Assembly: GCF_900186835.1 (NCBI RefSeq)
Contig: NZ_LT906448.1
Location: forward strand, 1,854,606 to 1,878,605
From: Pasteurella dagmatis
GTDB taxonomy: Bacteria; Pseudomonadota; Gammaproteobacteria; Enterobacterales; Pasteurellaceae
Length of the DNA: 24,000 bases
Direction of reading: 5' to 3'
Made by a program: the position numbers and the translations under genes. Position 1 is the stretch's first letter. Every line of letters starts with the position of its first letter. The notes beneath the pieces are model-generated. The model ran no database searches, was not told the DNA's origin, and saw only the letters and a list, made by a program, of their open reading frames with translations. Of the stretch, positions 8,772 to 18,183 are shown one piece after another.

Positions 8772-9458
8772 ATGAACTGGTTTGGTTTTCGCTGTTTTTT
8801 GTGCCAACAGCCTTTGGCAATTGCCCATCACGGCTTGTGTTCACACTGTAATCAAACTATTCATCGCTTTACTTATTGCGGACATTGTGGAATGGAAATT
8901 GCACGCCCTGCATTGCATTGTGGGCGTTGCTTACAAAACGAACCTAGTTGGGATCGCATAGTGATTATCGCACGTTATATGGAACCCTTGTCACAACTCA
9001 TTCATCACTTTAAATTTCAAAAATCCTTCTTTTTAGACCGCACTTTAGCACGCCTTTTATTACTTGCTGTTTATGATGCAAGACGAATTTATGGACTTAC
9101 TTTGCCTGATGTGCTGATACCTGTGCCACTCTATCATTTTCGCCAATGGCAGCGTGGTTACAATCAAGCAGATTTATTAGCGCAACAATTGAGCAAGTGG
9201 CTGAAAATTCCCGTAGATAACCAACTGGTACAACGCTGTAAACATACTCACACGCAACGAGGTTTAAGTGCTACTGACAGACGTAAAAACTTACGTCACG
9301 CTTTTCAGTTATCGGATAAACAATCAAAATGCCGCTATCAATCTGTCGCCTTAATTGATGATGTGATCACCACTGGTTCAACACTCAATGAAATCGCAAA
9401 ATTATTGCGTAAAGCAGGTATTCAGCATATTCAAGTTTGGGGATTGGCAAGAACCTAA
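8772..9458 (+). CDS. comF: Competence protein ComF / GntX-type amidophosphoribosyltransferase-like protein
   Basis: N-terminal double CxxC zinc-finger (CFLCQQ, CSHCNQ, CGHCG, CGRC) and a C-terminal PRTase motif VALIDDVITTGSTL. ATG 8772 has GGAG 7 nt upstream. Its adjacency to nfuA mirrors E. coli gntX-nfuA. Confidence 0.85.
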   Translation: MNWFGFRCFLCQQPLAIAHHGLCSHCNQTIHRFTYCGHCGMEIARPALHCGRCLQNEPSWDRIVIIARYMEPLSQLIHHFKFQKSFFLDRTLARLLLLAVYDARRIYGLTLPDVLIPVPLYHFRQWQRGYNQADLLAQQLSKWLKIPVDNQLVQRCKHTHTQRGLSATDRRKNLRHAFQLSDKQSKCRYQSVALIDDVITTGSTLNEIAKLLRKAGIQHIQVWGLART

Positions 9459-9553
9459 GCAAAGATAATTGCTGTAAAAGGTGGAAAAAAAGGCAATCTC
9501 GGAGTATCATTTCTGACAATCTTACTCAAGTATTGAATTTTTTAGGATAACTT

Positions 9554-10138
9554 ATGGAACAAATTAAGATTTCAGAAGCGGCACAAGCACATTTCCGCCG
9601 CTTGCTCGATCAACAAGAAGAAGGCACAAATATCCGCATTTTTGTGGTCAATCCGGGTTCACCAAATGCAGAATGTGGCGTGTCATACTGCCCTGCAAAT
9701 GCGGTTGAAGCAACAGATACAGAAATGAAATATGCTACCTTCTCTGCTTTCGTTGATGAAATCAGCTTACCTTTCTTGGAAGATGCTGAAATTGATTATG
9801 TGACTGAAGAACTTGGTGCACAGCTTACTTTAAAGGCACCAAATGCAAAAATGCGTAAAGTAGCAGACGACGCACCATTAATAGAACGAGTGGAATATGT
9901 GATTCAAACTCAAATCAACCCTCAGTTAGCGAGCCACGGCGGTAAAATCACGTTAATTGAAATCACTAATGAAGGCTATGCGATTTTACAATTCGGTGGT
10001 GGCTGCAACGGTTGCTCAATGGTAGATGTCACCTTAAAAGACGGTATTGAAAAACAGTTATTGTCCCTGTTCCCAAATGAATTAAAAGGTGCAAAAGATG
10101 TTACCGAACACCAACGCGGCGAACATTCTTACTACTAA
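9554..10138 (+). CDS. nfuA: Fe-S cluster biogenesis/carrier protein NfuA
   Basis: An A-type-like N-terminal domain plus a C-terminal Nfu domain carrying GGGCNGCSM. Length is 194 aa. Confidence 0.93.
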   Translation: MEQIKISEAAQAHFRRLLDQQEEGTNIRIFVVNPGSPNAECGVSYCPANAVEATDTEMKYATFSAFVDEISLPFLEDAEIDYVTEELGAQLTLKAPNAKMRKVADDAPLIERVEYVIQTQINPQLASHGGKITLIEITNEGYAILQFGGGCNGCSMVDVTLKDGIEKQLLSLFPNELKGAKDVTEHQRGEHSYY

Positions 10139-10170
10139 CCACAAAAAAGAATTAATTGACAAATAACTAA

Positions 10171-10217
10171 ATTAGCGCCCGATAAATATATTCATTTTTC
10201 AGGGCGCTAATTTTTTG
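10171..10217. terminator. Terminator hairpin between convergent nfuA and tnaB
   Basis: A 10 bp stem, ATTAGCGCCC (10171-10180) paired with GGGCGCTAAT (10202-10211), with a 21 nt loop. TTTTTT follows on the + strand; the T-rich flank on the - strand is weaker. Confidence 0.65.
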
Positions 10218-10248
10218 TTCCACATCATACGTTACATCTATTCAATAT

Positions 10249-11475
10249 CTAACCTTTAAATGCCGGCAACATATTAAACATAGCTAAGAAATGGAAAAGT
10301 GCGGTCACAATACCGAATAAAATGACTATCACAATGGTGATATTACCCCCTCCCACAATAAAACCTACTTTGCCATTTGGCATAGTACGTGATTTTCTAG
10401 CGAGCATTGCCGGAATTAAACAGGTCCAAATTGTTGCTACAGCACCTGCATAACCAATCGCTTTTAAGAAACCAAGCGGGAATAGTACAGACAGTGCTAA
10501 TGGAGGTAAGAATGTTACAGCCCAAGATTTTAAACGCCCTTCTTTTGTATTGTCGAATTTGAAGAAATCAGCAAGGAAATCAAAGACCCCTAAACCTACA
10601 CCAATGAAAGAAGATAAAATAGCAGCTATAGAGAAAGCATTAATCGCTTGTTTTACTGATGCTGATTCGATGACATTACCTAATGCACCAAGTAATACAT
10701 CTAAGTTACCGTCACTAGCAAGTACAGGGCCAAATTGGCTACGAGGTAAGTTACCAAAAATCGAGATGATCCACACTAAATAAAGCGCTAATGCAATGCT
10801 GGTTCCCCCTAAGATCGCATATTTTGCTTTACGCTCATCGCCATAATAAGCACGCATTGTAGCTACAGAGTGGTGATAACCAAATGAGGTCAATGCCACA
10901 GGCAATAACCCCATTGCATACATGGCATAGTTAGAGTCAGCCCCTTGGGTATCAAATAATGTTGTTAAATCAATATTTACAGTTAATCCAAATACACTGA
11001 AAATAAATGACAATGCCATGAAGATGATGAGTAATACAGACACTCGGTCAACAATACGAGTGGAATGCCACACAAAGAAAGAGAAAACTAATACAAATAT
11101 GACTGACCAAATACGAGAATCAAGCTCTAAATAAGGTCCTATTAATCCACTTAAAATTCCACCTGATGCCGTTGTATAGGCATACAATAAAATACCACCT
11201 ACAAAGTAAACAGCAAGGTTATTAATCACATTCACTGAATTACCGAGCATATCTTTTGTTACGGTATTAAATGAAGCACGCAGATCATAATGTTTATAAG
11301 CTTCTAATAATAACCAACCAGAGATCGTCATTATAAACATCGTAAAGCAAACGGTAAGAATAGACCAAATTGTCCAGGCACCGGCACCTGAGCTTGGTAG
11401 ACCTAGCATTCCAGCACCAACACATACGCTAGCAATAATGCAAGCACCACCAAAAATTGAGGGGGTCTTTTTCAT
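10249..11475 (-). CDS. tnaB: Tryptophan-specific permease (Mtr/TnaB aromatic amino acid:H+ symporter family)
   Basis: An 11-12 TM hydrophobic protein of the HAAAP family, directly downstream of tnaA. The track start at 11526 is a TTG lying inside a hairpin. ATG 11475 (MKKTPSIFGG) has AAGGA about 9 nt upstream. Confidence 0.85.
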   Translation of the reverse strand: MKKTPSIFGGACIIASVCVGAGMLGLPSSGAGAWTIWSILTVCFTMFIMTISGWLLLEAYKHYDLRASFNTVTKDMLGNSVNVINNLAVYFVGGILLYAYTTASGGILSGLIGPYLELDSRIWSVIFVLVFSFFVWHSTRIVDRVSVLLIIFMALSFIFSVFGLTVNIDLTTLFDTQGADSNYAMYAMGLLPVALTSFGYHHSVATMRAYYGDERKAKYAILGGTSIALALYLVWIISIFGNLPRSQFGPVLASDGNLDVLLGALGNVIESASVKQAINAFSIAAILSSFIGVGLGVFDFLADFFKFDNTKEGRLKSWAVTFLPPLALSVLFPLGFLKAIGYAGAVATIWTCLIPAMLARKSRTMPNGKVGFIVGGGNITIVIVILFGIVTALFHFLAMFNMLPAFKG

Positions 11476-11502
11476 AATGCTTTTCCTTTTGAATGAAATA
11501 AA

Positions 11503-11540
11503 TGAAAAAATGCAGTTTCTAGTCAATCAGAAACTGCATT
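11503..11540 (-). terminator. Intercistronic hairpin with U-tract between tnaA and tnaB (possible partial terminator)
   Basis: An 11 bp perfect stem, AATGCAGTTTC (11509-11519) paired with GAAACTGCATT (11530-11540). On the minus-strand transcript it is followed by TTTTTCATTT. Confidence 0.5.
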
Positions 11541-11548
11541 TAATTTTT

Positions 11549-12964
11549 TTATACTTCTTTTAAGCGTGCCGTGAAATGACGTAAGACTTTCGGCTCATAA
11601 GTAAAGGTTAATCCTTTAATATTTTCAGCATTTTCCTTCACGTGTTTAAAAGCTTCAATAATAAAGTCCATATGAGTTTGAGTATAAGTCGCACGTGGTA
11701 CTGTTAAGCGTAGTAACTCTGCTGGACAAGGTAATTGTTTTCCTGTTTTTGGATCACGACCTAATAAGAATGACCCAATTTCTACCGCACGAATCCCCGC
11801 TACTTTATACAGTTCACAAGCTAACGCTTGTGCAGGGAATTGATCCGCTGGAATATGTGGCAATAATTTTCCTGCATCAACAAATGCTGCGTGACCACCA
11901 GGTTGCTGACAAACCACTCCTATTTCTTCTAAGCCATTAACAAGATATTCAATTTGGTTAATACGATAAGCTAACCAATCTTGACGCATACCATCACGTA
12001 AACCAACCGATAAACGTTCCATTGCGCCACCCTCTAAGCCACCGTATGTTGGGAAGCCTTCTTGTACAACACAAAGTGTACGACATTCGTTATAGACATC
12101 TTCCATGCGTTTATCTTTGAAGCACAATAAACCACCCATTGGAACCATTGCATCTTTTTTCGCAGACATTGCTAATGCATCTGCGTATTTATAGCTTTCA
12201 TACGTGATTTGTTCTATTGTCCAGCTCTTATAAGCTGCTTCACGTTGTTGAATGAAATACGCATTTTCTGCAAAACGCGCAGAGTCCATTACCACAGGAA
12301 TATCATATTTCTGTGCAATTTGGTACATTGCACGCATATTTGCAAGTGATACTGGCTGACCACCTGCTGAGTTACAAGTTATTGTACAAACGATATAAGG
12401 TACGTTATTCGGACCAACTTCAAGAATACCTTGCTCTAATTTTTCAATGTCAAAGTTACCTTTAAAATCTGCATTAACACCTGTATCAAATGCTTCTTTG
12501 GTGTAAACATTACGTACAGTTGCACCGTTGATTTGGCTGTGGCCTTGTGTTGTATCAAAGAAGTAGTTTGAGAATACAACCATTTTGCTACGATCTAACC
12601 CCTTCTCTTGCTCACGTTTTTTGATTAATACCGGGATATAGATTTGTTCAGCCCCACGACCTTGGTGAGTCGGAATGGTATATTCATAACCAAAAATGTC
12701 TTTCACTGCATTTGCTAATGCATAATAACTACGACTGCCACTGTACGCCTCATCGCCACGTAACATCGCAGCTTGCATTTCTTGTGTCACAGCACCTGTT
12801 CCACTATCAGTTAACAAATCAATAAATACATCTTCACTATCTAATAAAAATGGATTCATACCAGCTTTTAAAATCGCTTGATCACGATACTCTCTGGTTG
12901 TTCTTTTTACAGGCTCAATGACACGAATACGGAATGGCTCTGGTAAATGTTTGAAGTTTTCCAT
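11549..12964 (-). CDS. tnaA: Tryptophanase (tryptophan indole-lyase)
   Basis: 471 aa beta-eliminating lyase. The PLP-lysine region is [12 protein letters not shown]. The N-terminus [18 protein letters not shown] is typical of TnaA. Confidence 0.97.
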   Translation of the reverse strand: MENFKHLPEPFRIRVIEPVKRTTREYRDQAILKAGMNPFLLDSEDVFIDLLTDSGTGAVTQEMQAAMLRGDEAYSGSRSYYALANAVKDIFGYEYTIPTHQGRGAEQIYIPVLIKKREQEKGLDRSKMVVFSNYFFDTTQGHSQINGATVRNVYTKEAFDTGVNADFKGNFDIEKLEQGILEVGPNNVPYIVCTITCNSAGGQPVSLANMRAMYQIAQKYDIPVVMDSARFAENAYFIQQREAAYKSWTIEQITYESYKYADALAMSAKKDAMVPMGGLLCFKDKRMEDVYNECRTLCVVQEGFPTYGGLEGGAMERLSVGLRDGMRQDWLAYRINQIEYLVNGLEEIGVVCQQPGGHAAFVDAGKLLPHIPADQFPAQALACELYKVAGIRAVEIGSFLLGRDPKTGKQLPCPAELLRLTVPRATYTQTHMDFIIEAFKHVKENAENIKGLTFTYEPKVLRHFTARLKEV

Positions 12965-13073
12965 AATAAAATCCTTAATTTTAAATAGATTATTTGGACA
13001 GAATAAGTATTGGATTACTCTGATAAATAAATGATGAAAAGTAGATGTTTCTTAATAAAAACAGTGAAAGGGA

Positions 13074-13154
13074 TTAACGAATTATGGGAAAAAAGAAAGT
13101 CAATTTTGGATCAACGATAATCCAAACTTGATTAGGTGATAAAATCGACATCAT
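13074..13154 (-). CDS. tnaC: tna operon leader peptide TnaC (26 codons, not in the ORF track)
   Basis: Hand translation of the minus strand gives MMSILSPNQVWIIVDPKLTFFFPIIR*. Trp11, Asp15 and Pro23 reproduce the W-x3-D-x7-P spacing of E. coli TnaC (W12/D16/P24). The FFFP tail resembles Proteus vulgaris TnaC. AGGA lies 7 nt upstream of the ATG. A 109 nt G-poor spacer leads to tnaA. Confidence 0.8.
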   Translation of the reverse strand: MMSILSPNQVWIIVDPKLTFFFPIIR

Positions 13155-13264
13155 AAAATTATCCTTTTTCAAATTAAAAGATAACAACTTATATCGAGTA
13201 AGAATTCACTCTCATAAAAAGGTATCGTTCATTGTTCAATTTGTCACCATTATTTTTTCAGAGT

Positions 13265-13280
13265 TGTGAGTAGAATCACA
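13265..13280. promoter_or_regulatory. CRP binding site (perfect TGTGA-N6-TCACA) in the tna / oad divergent region
   Basis: Exact consensus half-sites: TGTGA (13265-13269), GTAGAA, TCACA (13276-13280). It lies about 118 nt upstream of the tnaC ATG. tna operons are classically CRP-dependent. A possible minus-strand promoter is TTGAAC (13239-13234), 17 nt spacer, TATGAG (13216-13211). Confidence 0.7.
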
Positions 13281-13325
13281 AAAATCAGTAAGAAAACATC
13301 GAAAATATTTAACCGCACTCTAAAA

Positions 13326-13341
13326 GCTGATTAGAATCAGA
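13326..13341. promoter_or_regulatory. Degenerate second CRP-like site
   Basis: GCTGA-TTAGAA-TCAGA. The 21 nt around it is near-identical to the perfect site 61 bp away (TGAgTAGAATCAcAAAA versus TGAtTAGAATCAgAAAA). Confidence 0.3.
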
Positions 13342-13477
13342 AAATTAACTATTATCATAGGATATAAGGGGTTATACTTCTTATTCCATCTTATAGCAAA
13401 CCTGCTATGTATGGTATGCAAACTAATATAATTGAAAAACGCACAAATAATTGCTTGAAAAATGAACTCTCTAATTT

Positions 13478-13493
13478 TGTGATTTAAGTCAAT
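13478..13493. promoter_or_regulatory. CRP/FNR-family site at about -41.5 of a candidate oadGAB promoter
   Basis: TGTGA-TTTAAG-TCAAT. The left half is CRP-like, and the inner GTGAT-TTAA-GTCAA matches 8/10 of the FNR consensus TTGAT-N4-ATCAA. A -10 candidate, TATTAT (13515-13520), would put the site centre near -41.5. Confidence 0.4.
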
Positions 13494-13553
13494 TTATTTA
13501 TAGCGAGAAACAAGTATTATTTCACAACATCATTCTAAAAAAGGAGTGCGATA

Positions 13554-13805
13554 ATGACAAACGCAGAACTTCTGCAAGAAGGTATTAACTTGATGTTTGC
13601 TGGCGTAGGATTTGTGATGATTTTCTTACTTATCCTGATTTACGCTATTGAACTGATGTCCGTCGTCATCAATAGATTCTTCCCTGAACCTGTTGTCATT
13701 CCACCGACAAAAACTACTCAACCTGAACAAAATGATTTAGATCGTTTACGACCTGTGATTGTTGCGGCAATTGCTCATCATCGTCGCCAACAAGGAATCA
13801 AATAA
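13554..13805 (+). CDS. oadG: Oxaloacetate decarboxylase (Na+-pumping) gamma subunit
   Basis: 83 aa with a single N-terminal TM helix (LMFAGVGFVMIFLLILIYAI) and a basic, His-containing C-terminus (AIAHHRRQQ). It sits directly upstream of oadA. RBS is AAGGAG. Confidence 0.85.
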   Translation: MTNAELLQEGINLMFAGVGFVMIFLLILIYAIELMSVVINRFFPEPVVIPPTKTTQPEQNDLDRLRPVIVAAIAHHRRQQGIK

Positions 13806-13823
13806 TTCAAAAGGAAATACACA

Positions 13824-15635
13824 ATGACTACTCAAACTAAAAAAATTGCTATTACTGATGTCGTTTTACGTGATGCTCATCAATCTTTATTTGCAACACG
13901 TTTGCGTCTTGATGATATGTTGCCAATTGCAAATGAACTTGATCAAATTGGGTATTGGTCCTTAGAGGCTTGGGGAGGGGCAACTTTCGATGCTTGCATT
14001 CGTTTCTTAGGTGAAGATCCTTGGGTACGTTTACGAGAATTAAAACAAGCAATACCAAACACACCATTGCAAATGTTATTACGTGGTCAGAATTTATTAG
14101 GCTATCGTCATTATGCAGATGATGTGGTTGACCGTTTCGTTGAGCGCTCAGTGAAAAATGGGATGTCAGTATTCCGTGTATTTGATGCAATGAACGACCC
14201 ACGCAATATGAAACAAGCACTTCAAGCAGTTAAACGCAATGGTGGTCACGCACAAGGTACATTAAGTTACACCACCAGCCCAGCACACAACCTACAAACT
14301 TGGTTAGATACAACTGAACAGCTTCTTGAAATTGGCGTAGATTCTGTGGTGATTAAAGATATGTCCGGTATCTTAACCCCAGCTGAAGCTTATAAATTAG
14401 TAAGTGAAATCAAAAAACGCTATGACGTGCAATTACACTTACACTGCCACGCAACAACAGGTATGGCAGAAATGGCATTGTTAAAAGCAGTGGAAGCTGG
14501 CGTTGATGGTATCGATACTTCTATTTCTTCAATGAGTGGTACTTATGGCCACCCTGCAACTGAAGCTTTAGTTGCAACGTTACAAGGTACTCAATTCGAC
14601 ACAGGCTTAGATATTAATAAATTAGAACGTATCTCTGCTTACTTCCGTAACGTACGTAAAAAATATGCGAAATTTGAAGGTCAATTACGTGGTTCAGACA
14701 GCCGTATTCTTGTAGCACAAGTGCCAGGCGGTATGTTGACTAACCTTGAAAGCCAATTAAAACAACAAAATGCATCAGACAAATTAGATGAAGTATTAAA
14801 AGAAATTCCTCGTGTACGTGAAGACTTAGGTTTCATTCCATTAGTAACACCAACTTCACAAATCGTAGGTACTCAAGCAGTAATTAACGTATTAATGGGC
14901 GAACGTTATAAAACGATTGCAAAAGAAACTGCAGGTATTTTAAAAGGGGAATATGGTCGTACACCAGCACCAGTAAATGCTGAGTTACAGGCAAAAGTGT
15001 TAGATGGAGGGCAACCAATTACTGACCGCCCAGCTGATCACATTGCACCAGAGATGGACAAATTAGCAGCTGAAATTAAACAACAAGCGAAAGAAAAAGG
15101 CGTAAAACTTGCCGAAAATGAAATTGACGATGTGTTAATCGTGGCACTCTTCCCGCAAATTGGTTGGAAATTCCTTGAAAACCGTGGCAATCCAGATGCT
15201 TTCGAACCTGCGCCAACATTAGAACCGGCGAAAACTACAGAAAAACCGACCGCACCTGTAGCGAAAGCACCAGTATCAGGTCCTTCTGTTTATACTGTTG
15301 AGCTTGAAGGTAAAGCATTCGTAGTGAAAGTTAGCGAAGGTGGTGAAATTAGTGATATCGCACCAACGTCAGCACCGCAAGCAGCGCCTCAACCACAAGC
15401 TGTGCCAAAACCAGCAGCGGCAGGTACACCAGTGAGTGCACCAATGTCAGGTAACATTTGGAAAGTTGTTGCAACTGAAGGTCAAAAAGTGGCTGAAGGT
15501 GATGTATTGCTAATTCTTGAAGCAATGAAAATGGAAACTGAAATCCGTGCAAACCAAGCAGGTACGGTACAAGGTATTTGTGTGAAAGCAGGTGATACTG
15601 TTTCTGTTGGCGATACCTTAATGACATTGGCATAA
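13824..15635 (+). CDS. oadA: Oxaloacetate decarboxylase alpha subunit (carboxyltransferase plus biotin carrier domain)
   Basis: N-terminal HMGL-like carboxyltransferase domain (VVLRDAHQS), a Pro/Ala-rich linker, and the C-terminal biotinyl motif EAMKMET. The biotin-lysine codon is at 15528-15530. Confidence 0.95.
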   Translation: MTTQTKKIAITDVVLRDAHQSLFATRLRLDDMLPIANELDQIGYWSLEAWGGATFDACIRFLGEDPWVRLRELKQAIPNTPLQMLLRGQNLLGYRHYADDVVDRFVERSVKNGMSVFRVFDAMNDPRNMKQALQAVKRNGGHAQGTLSYTTSPAHNLQTWLDTTEQLLEIGVDSVVIKDMSGILTPAEAYKLVSEIKKRYDVQLHLHCHATTGMAEMALLKAVEAGVDGIDTSISSMSGTYGHPATEALVATLQGTQFDTGLDINKLERISAYFRNVRKKYAKFEGQLRGSDSRILVAQVPGGMLTNLESQLKQQNASDKLDEVLKEIPRVREDLGFIPLVTPTSQIVGTQAVINVLMGERYKTIAKETAGILKGEYGRTPAPVNAELQAKVLDGGQPITDRPADHIAPEMDKLAAEIKQQAKEKGVKLAENEIDDVLIVALFPQIGWKFLENRGNPDAFEPAPTLEPAKTTEKPTAPVAKAPVSGPSVYTVELEGKAFVVKVSEGGEISDIAPTSAPQAAPQPQAVPKPAAAGTPVSAPMSGNIWKVVATEGQKVAEGDVLLILEAMKMETEIRANQAGTVQGICVKAGDTVSVGDTLMTLA

Positions 15636-15646
15636 GAGGTCATTCT

Positions 15647-16954
15647 ATGGAAAGTATTTACGCATTATTGCGCGGAATGGGGATTATGCACCTCGAGTGG
15701 GGGCAAGCAATAATGATAGGCATTAGCCTATTGTTATTATGGCTCGCCATTGCACGCAAATTCGAACCGTTGCTGCTCTTGCCAATCGGCTTTGGTGGAT
15801 TGTTATCCAACATTCCAGAAGCTGGCTTAGCAATGACAGCATTAGATAACCTTCTGCACCACGGTACTGCTGAGCAACTCGCAATTGTCGGTGCAAAATT
15901 AAATACTATTGCTGATCCAAATGCAATTAAAGCGGCTTTAAGTTCTACCTTACCTTCTGTTCAAAATGAATTAGAAGTGATGGCTGGTGATATGGGCTAC
16001 ACTGCCGGCGTGCTGGCATTATTCTATAAAGTGGCGATTGGCTACGGCGTTGCACCATTAGTTATCTTTATGGGAGTAGGTGCAATGACTGACTTTGGTC
16101 CATTGTTAGCTAACCCTCGTACTTTATTATTAGGTGCAGCAGCACAGTTTGGTATTTTCGCAACAATTATCGGTGCATTATTATTGAACTGGACAGGCAT
16201 TATCAACTTTACCCTGCCACAAGCGGCAGCGATTGGAATCATTGGTGGTGCTGATGGTCCAACAGCGATTTATCTCGCAAGTAAACTTGCGCCTGAATTA
16301 TTAGGTGCAATTGCAGTAGCTGCTTACTCTTATATGGCATTAGTGCCACTGATTCAACCACCAATTATGAAAGCACTCACTACAAAAGAAGAACGCAAAA
16401 TTCGTATGGTGCAATTACGCAATGTTAGTAACCGTGAGAAAATTCTTTTCCCAATCGTATTAGTGACTTTAGTTGCGCTATTGCTTCCAGATGCGGCACC
16501 ATTACTTGGTATGTTCTGCTTTGGTAACTTATTACGCGTGAGTGGCGTTGTAGAACGTTTAAATGATACTGCACAAAACGCCTTAATTAATATTGTCACT
16601 ATTTTCCTTGGTTTGTCCGTCGGTTCCAAACTAGTGGCAGATAAATTCTTACACCCACAAACTTTAGGTATTCTTTTATTAGGTGTAGTTGCCTTTGGTA
16701 TTGGTACTGCAAGTGGAGTATTAATGGCAAAATTAATGAACAAATTAAGCCGCCATAATAAAGTTAATCCACTTATTGGTGCCGCTGGTGTTTCTGCTGT
16801 ACCAATGGCAGCACGTGTTGCGAATAAAGTTGGCTTGGAAGAAGATCATCAAAACTTCTTACTAATGCACGCAATGGGGCCAAACGTTGCAGGTGTAATT
16901 GGTTCAGCCATTGCTGCTGGTGTAATGTTAAAGTATGTTTCAGCGATGATGTAA
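15647..16954 (+). CDS. oadB: Oxaloacetate decarboxylase beta subunit (Na+-translocating membrane subunit)
   Basis: 435 aa polytopic membrane protein of the OadB/GcdB/MmdB family, completing the oadGAB gene order. Confidence 0.95.
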   Translation: MESIYALLRGMGIMHLEWGQAIMIGISLLLLWLAIARKFEPLLLLPIGFGGLLSNIPEAGLAMTALDNLLHHGTAEQLAIVGAKLNTIADPNAIKAALSSTLPSVQNELEVMAGDMGYTAGVLALFYKVAIGYGVAPLVIFMGVGAMTDFGPLLANPRTLLLGAAAQFGIFATIIGALLLNWTGIINFTLPQAAAIGIIGGADGPTAIYLASKLAPELLGAIAVAAYSYMALVPLIQPPIMKALTTKEERKIRMVQLRNVSNREKILFPIVLVTLVALLLPDAAPLLGMFCFGNLLRVSGVVERLNDTAQNALINIVTIFLGLSVGSKLVADKFLHPQTLGILLLGVVAFGIGTASGVLMAKLMNKLSRHNKVNPLIGAAGVSAVPMAARVANKVGLEEDHQNFLLMHAMGPNVAGVIGSAIAAGVMLKYVSAMM

Positions 16955-16970
16955 TCTAATCACATTAATA

Positions 16971-17003
16971 AAAGCGAGTACTGTTTGTGTGCTCGCTTTT
17001 TTA
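16971..17003 (+). terminator. Rho-independent terminator after oadB
   Basis: AAAGCGAGTAC (16971-16981) pairs with GTGCTCGCTTT (16989-16999), including one G-U pair, followed by a T-run. Confidence 0.8.
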
Positions 17004-17292
17004 TTTCAATGATATATGCCTTTTACTTAGGGTTAAATATGCCATCTCTACTATTATTACTAGTGTACATTAAAGGAAATGCCACAAAAGGCTATATGAT
17101 CTAATAAATGTAGACATAGATGACGTAATGAACAGGATAATGTGGATTATAAAGCTTCATTAAATACCAATAAGTGATTAAATGAAAAAATCTATATCCA
17201 CACTTCTTAGTCAGAACTCATAAAACAAATAGGCACATAATTTTGTATTAGAATTTAATTCTAGTATTCTAAATACAGCTTCTATAAAAACA

Positions 17293-17327
17293 AAAACCTG
17301 TTTGAGAATTCCCAAGCAGGTTTTTTA
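17293..17327 (-). terminator. cysE terminator (hairpin has T-runs on both strands)
   Basis: AAAACCTGTTTG (17293-17304) pairs with CAAGCAGGTTTT (17313-17324). It lies about 30 nt downstream of the cysE stop on the minus strand, with TTTTTGTTTTT following on the minus strand and TTTTTT on the plus strand. Confidence 0.75.
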
Positions 17328-17355
17328 TAAAACTTTCAAAAAAATGAGCGCACTT

Positions 17356-18156
17356 TTAGATATTTAATGAGAAATCTTCATTTTCATTAAAGTATTGGTT
17401 CATTTCAAAAGCTGGCTTTGCCTGTTTGTCTTGTCCGATCACTCGTGCTGGCACACCTGCGACAGTTGCATATTCTGGTACAGCTCGCAAGACAACAGAA
17501 TTTGCACCAATTTTTGCATACTTGCCAACTTCAATATTACCTAAAATCTTGGCTCCCGCACCGATCATCACACCTTCACGTACTTTTGGATGGCGATCAC
17601 CTGTTTCTTTACCGGTTCCACCCAATGTCACACCTTGCAAAATAGATACATCATCTTCAATAACAGAGGTTTCACCTACAACAATCCCAGTTGCATGATC
17701 GAACATAATACCACAACCAATTCTTGCAGCAGGATGAATATCTACATCAAATGCCACAGAGATTTCATTTTGTAAATAAATTGCTAATGCCTTGCGTTGT
17801 TGCTTCCATAAATAATGGGTAATACGATAACTCTGTAGTGCATGGTAGCCTTTTAAATATAAAAGGGGTGTTGTCCACAATTCAACTGCTGGATCACGAT
17901 GACGCACTGCACGAATATCGCAAGCTGCACTAGCAATAATATTCGGTTCCGCTTGATATGCTTCTTCAATAATTTCACGCAATGCAATAGCTGGCATAAT
18001 TGGGTTTGCCAATTTGTTGGCTAAAATATAGCTTAAAGCGCTACCAAAATCATTGTGTTTTAAAATAGTCGAATGGAAAAAACTCGCCAACATTGGCTCA
18101 TTTTCCACTAATTCTTTTGCCTCTTGACGGACATGACCCCATACTTCTACTGGCAT
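17356..18156 (-). CDS. cysE: Serine O-acetyltransferase
   Basis: N-terminal SATase helical domain plus hexapeptide-repeat left-handed beta-helix (GIVVGETSVIEDDVSILQGVTLGGTG). Length is 266 aa. Confidence 0.95.
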   Translation of the reverse strand: MPVEVWGHVRQEAKELVENEPMLASFFHSTILKHNDFGSALSYILANKLANPIMPAIALREIIEEAYQAEPNIIASAACDIRAVRHRDPAVELWTTPLLYLKGYHALQSYRITHYLWKQQRKALAIYLQNEISVAFDVDIHPAARIGCGIMFDHATGIVVGETSVIEDDVSILQGVTLGGTGKETGDRHPKVREGVMIGAGAKILGNIEVGKYAKIGANSVVLRAVPEYATVAGVPARVIGQDKQAKPAFEMNQYFNENEDFSLNI

Positions 18157-18183
18157 ATCATTATTTCCTGAATTATCTGTCTA

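Noticed and set aside
13084-13131. 15-codon plus-strand ORF (MGKKKVNFGSTIIQT) antisense to tnaC
   Set aside because: It has no RBS, and it is fully explained as the complement of the conserved tnaC reading frame.
16042-16743. Minus-strand ORFs (66 and 129 aa) inside oadB, and plus-strand ORFs (17418-17775) inside cysE
   Set aside because: They are antisense shadows within confidently identified conserved genes. They have no start-site support.
17141-17203. DnaA-box-like 9-mers (TGTGGATTA at 17141, ATATCCACA at 17195, and TTATCCACG at 6154), raising the idea of an origin or a DnaA-titrating site
   Set aside because: Each is only 8/9, with mismatches at positions the relaxed consensus does not tolerate. 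The region has a single GATC and no AT-rich 13-mer repeats. No gidA/mioC-type context is present, so there is no support for oriC or a datA-like locus.
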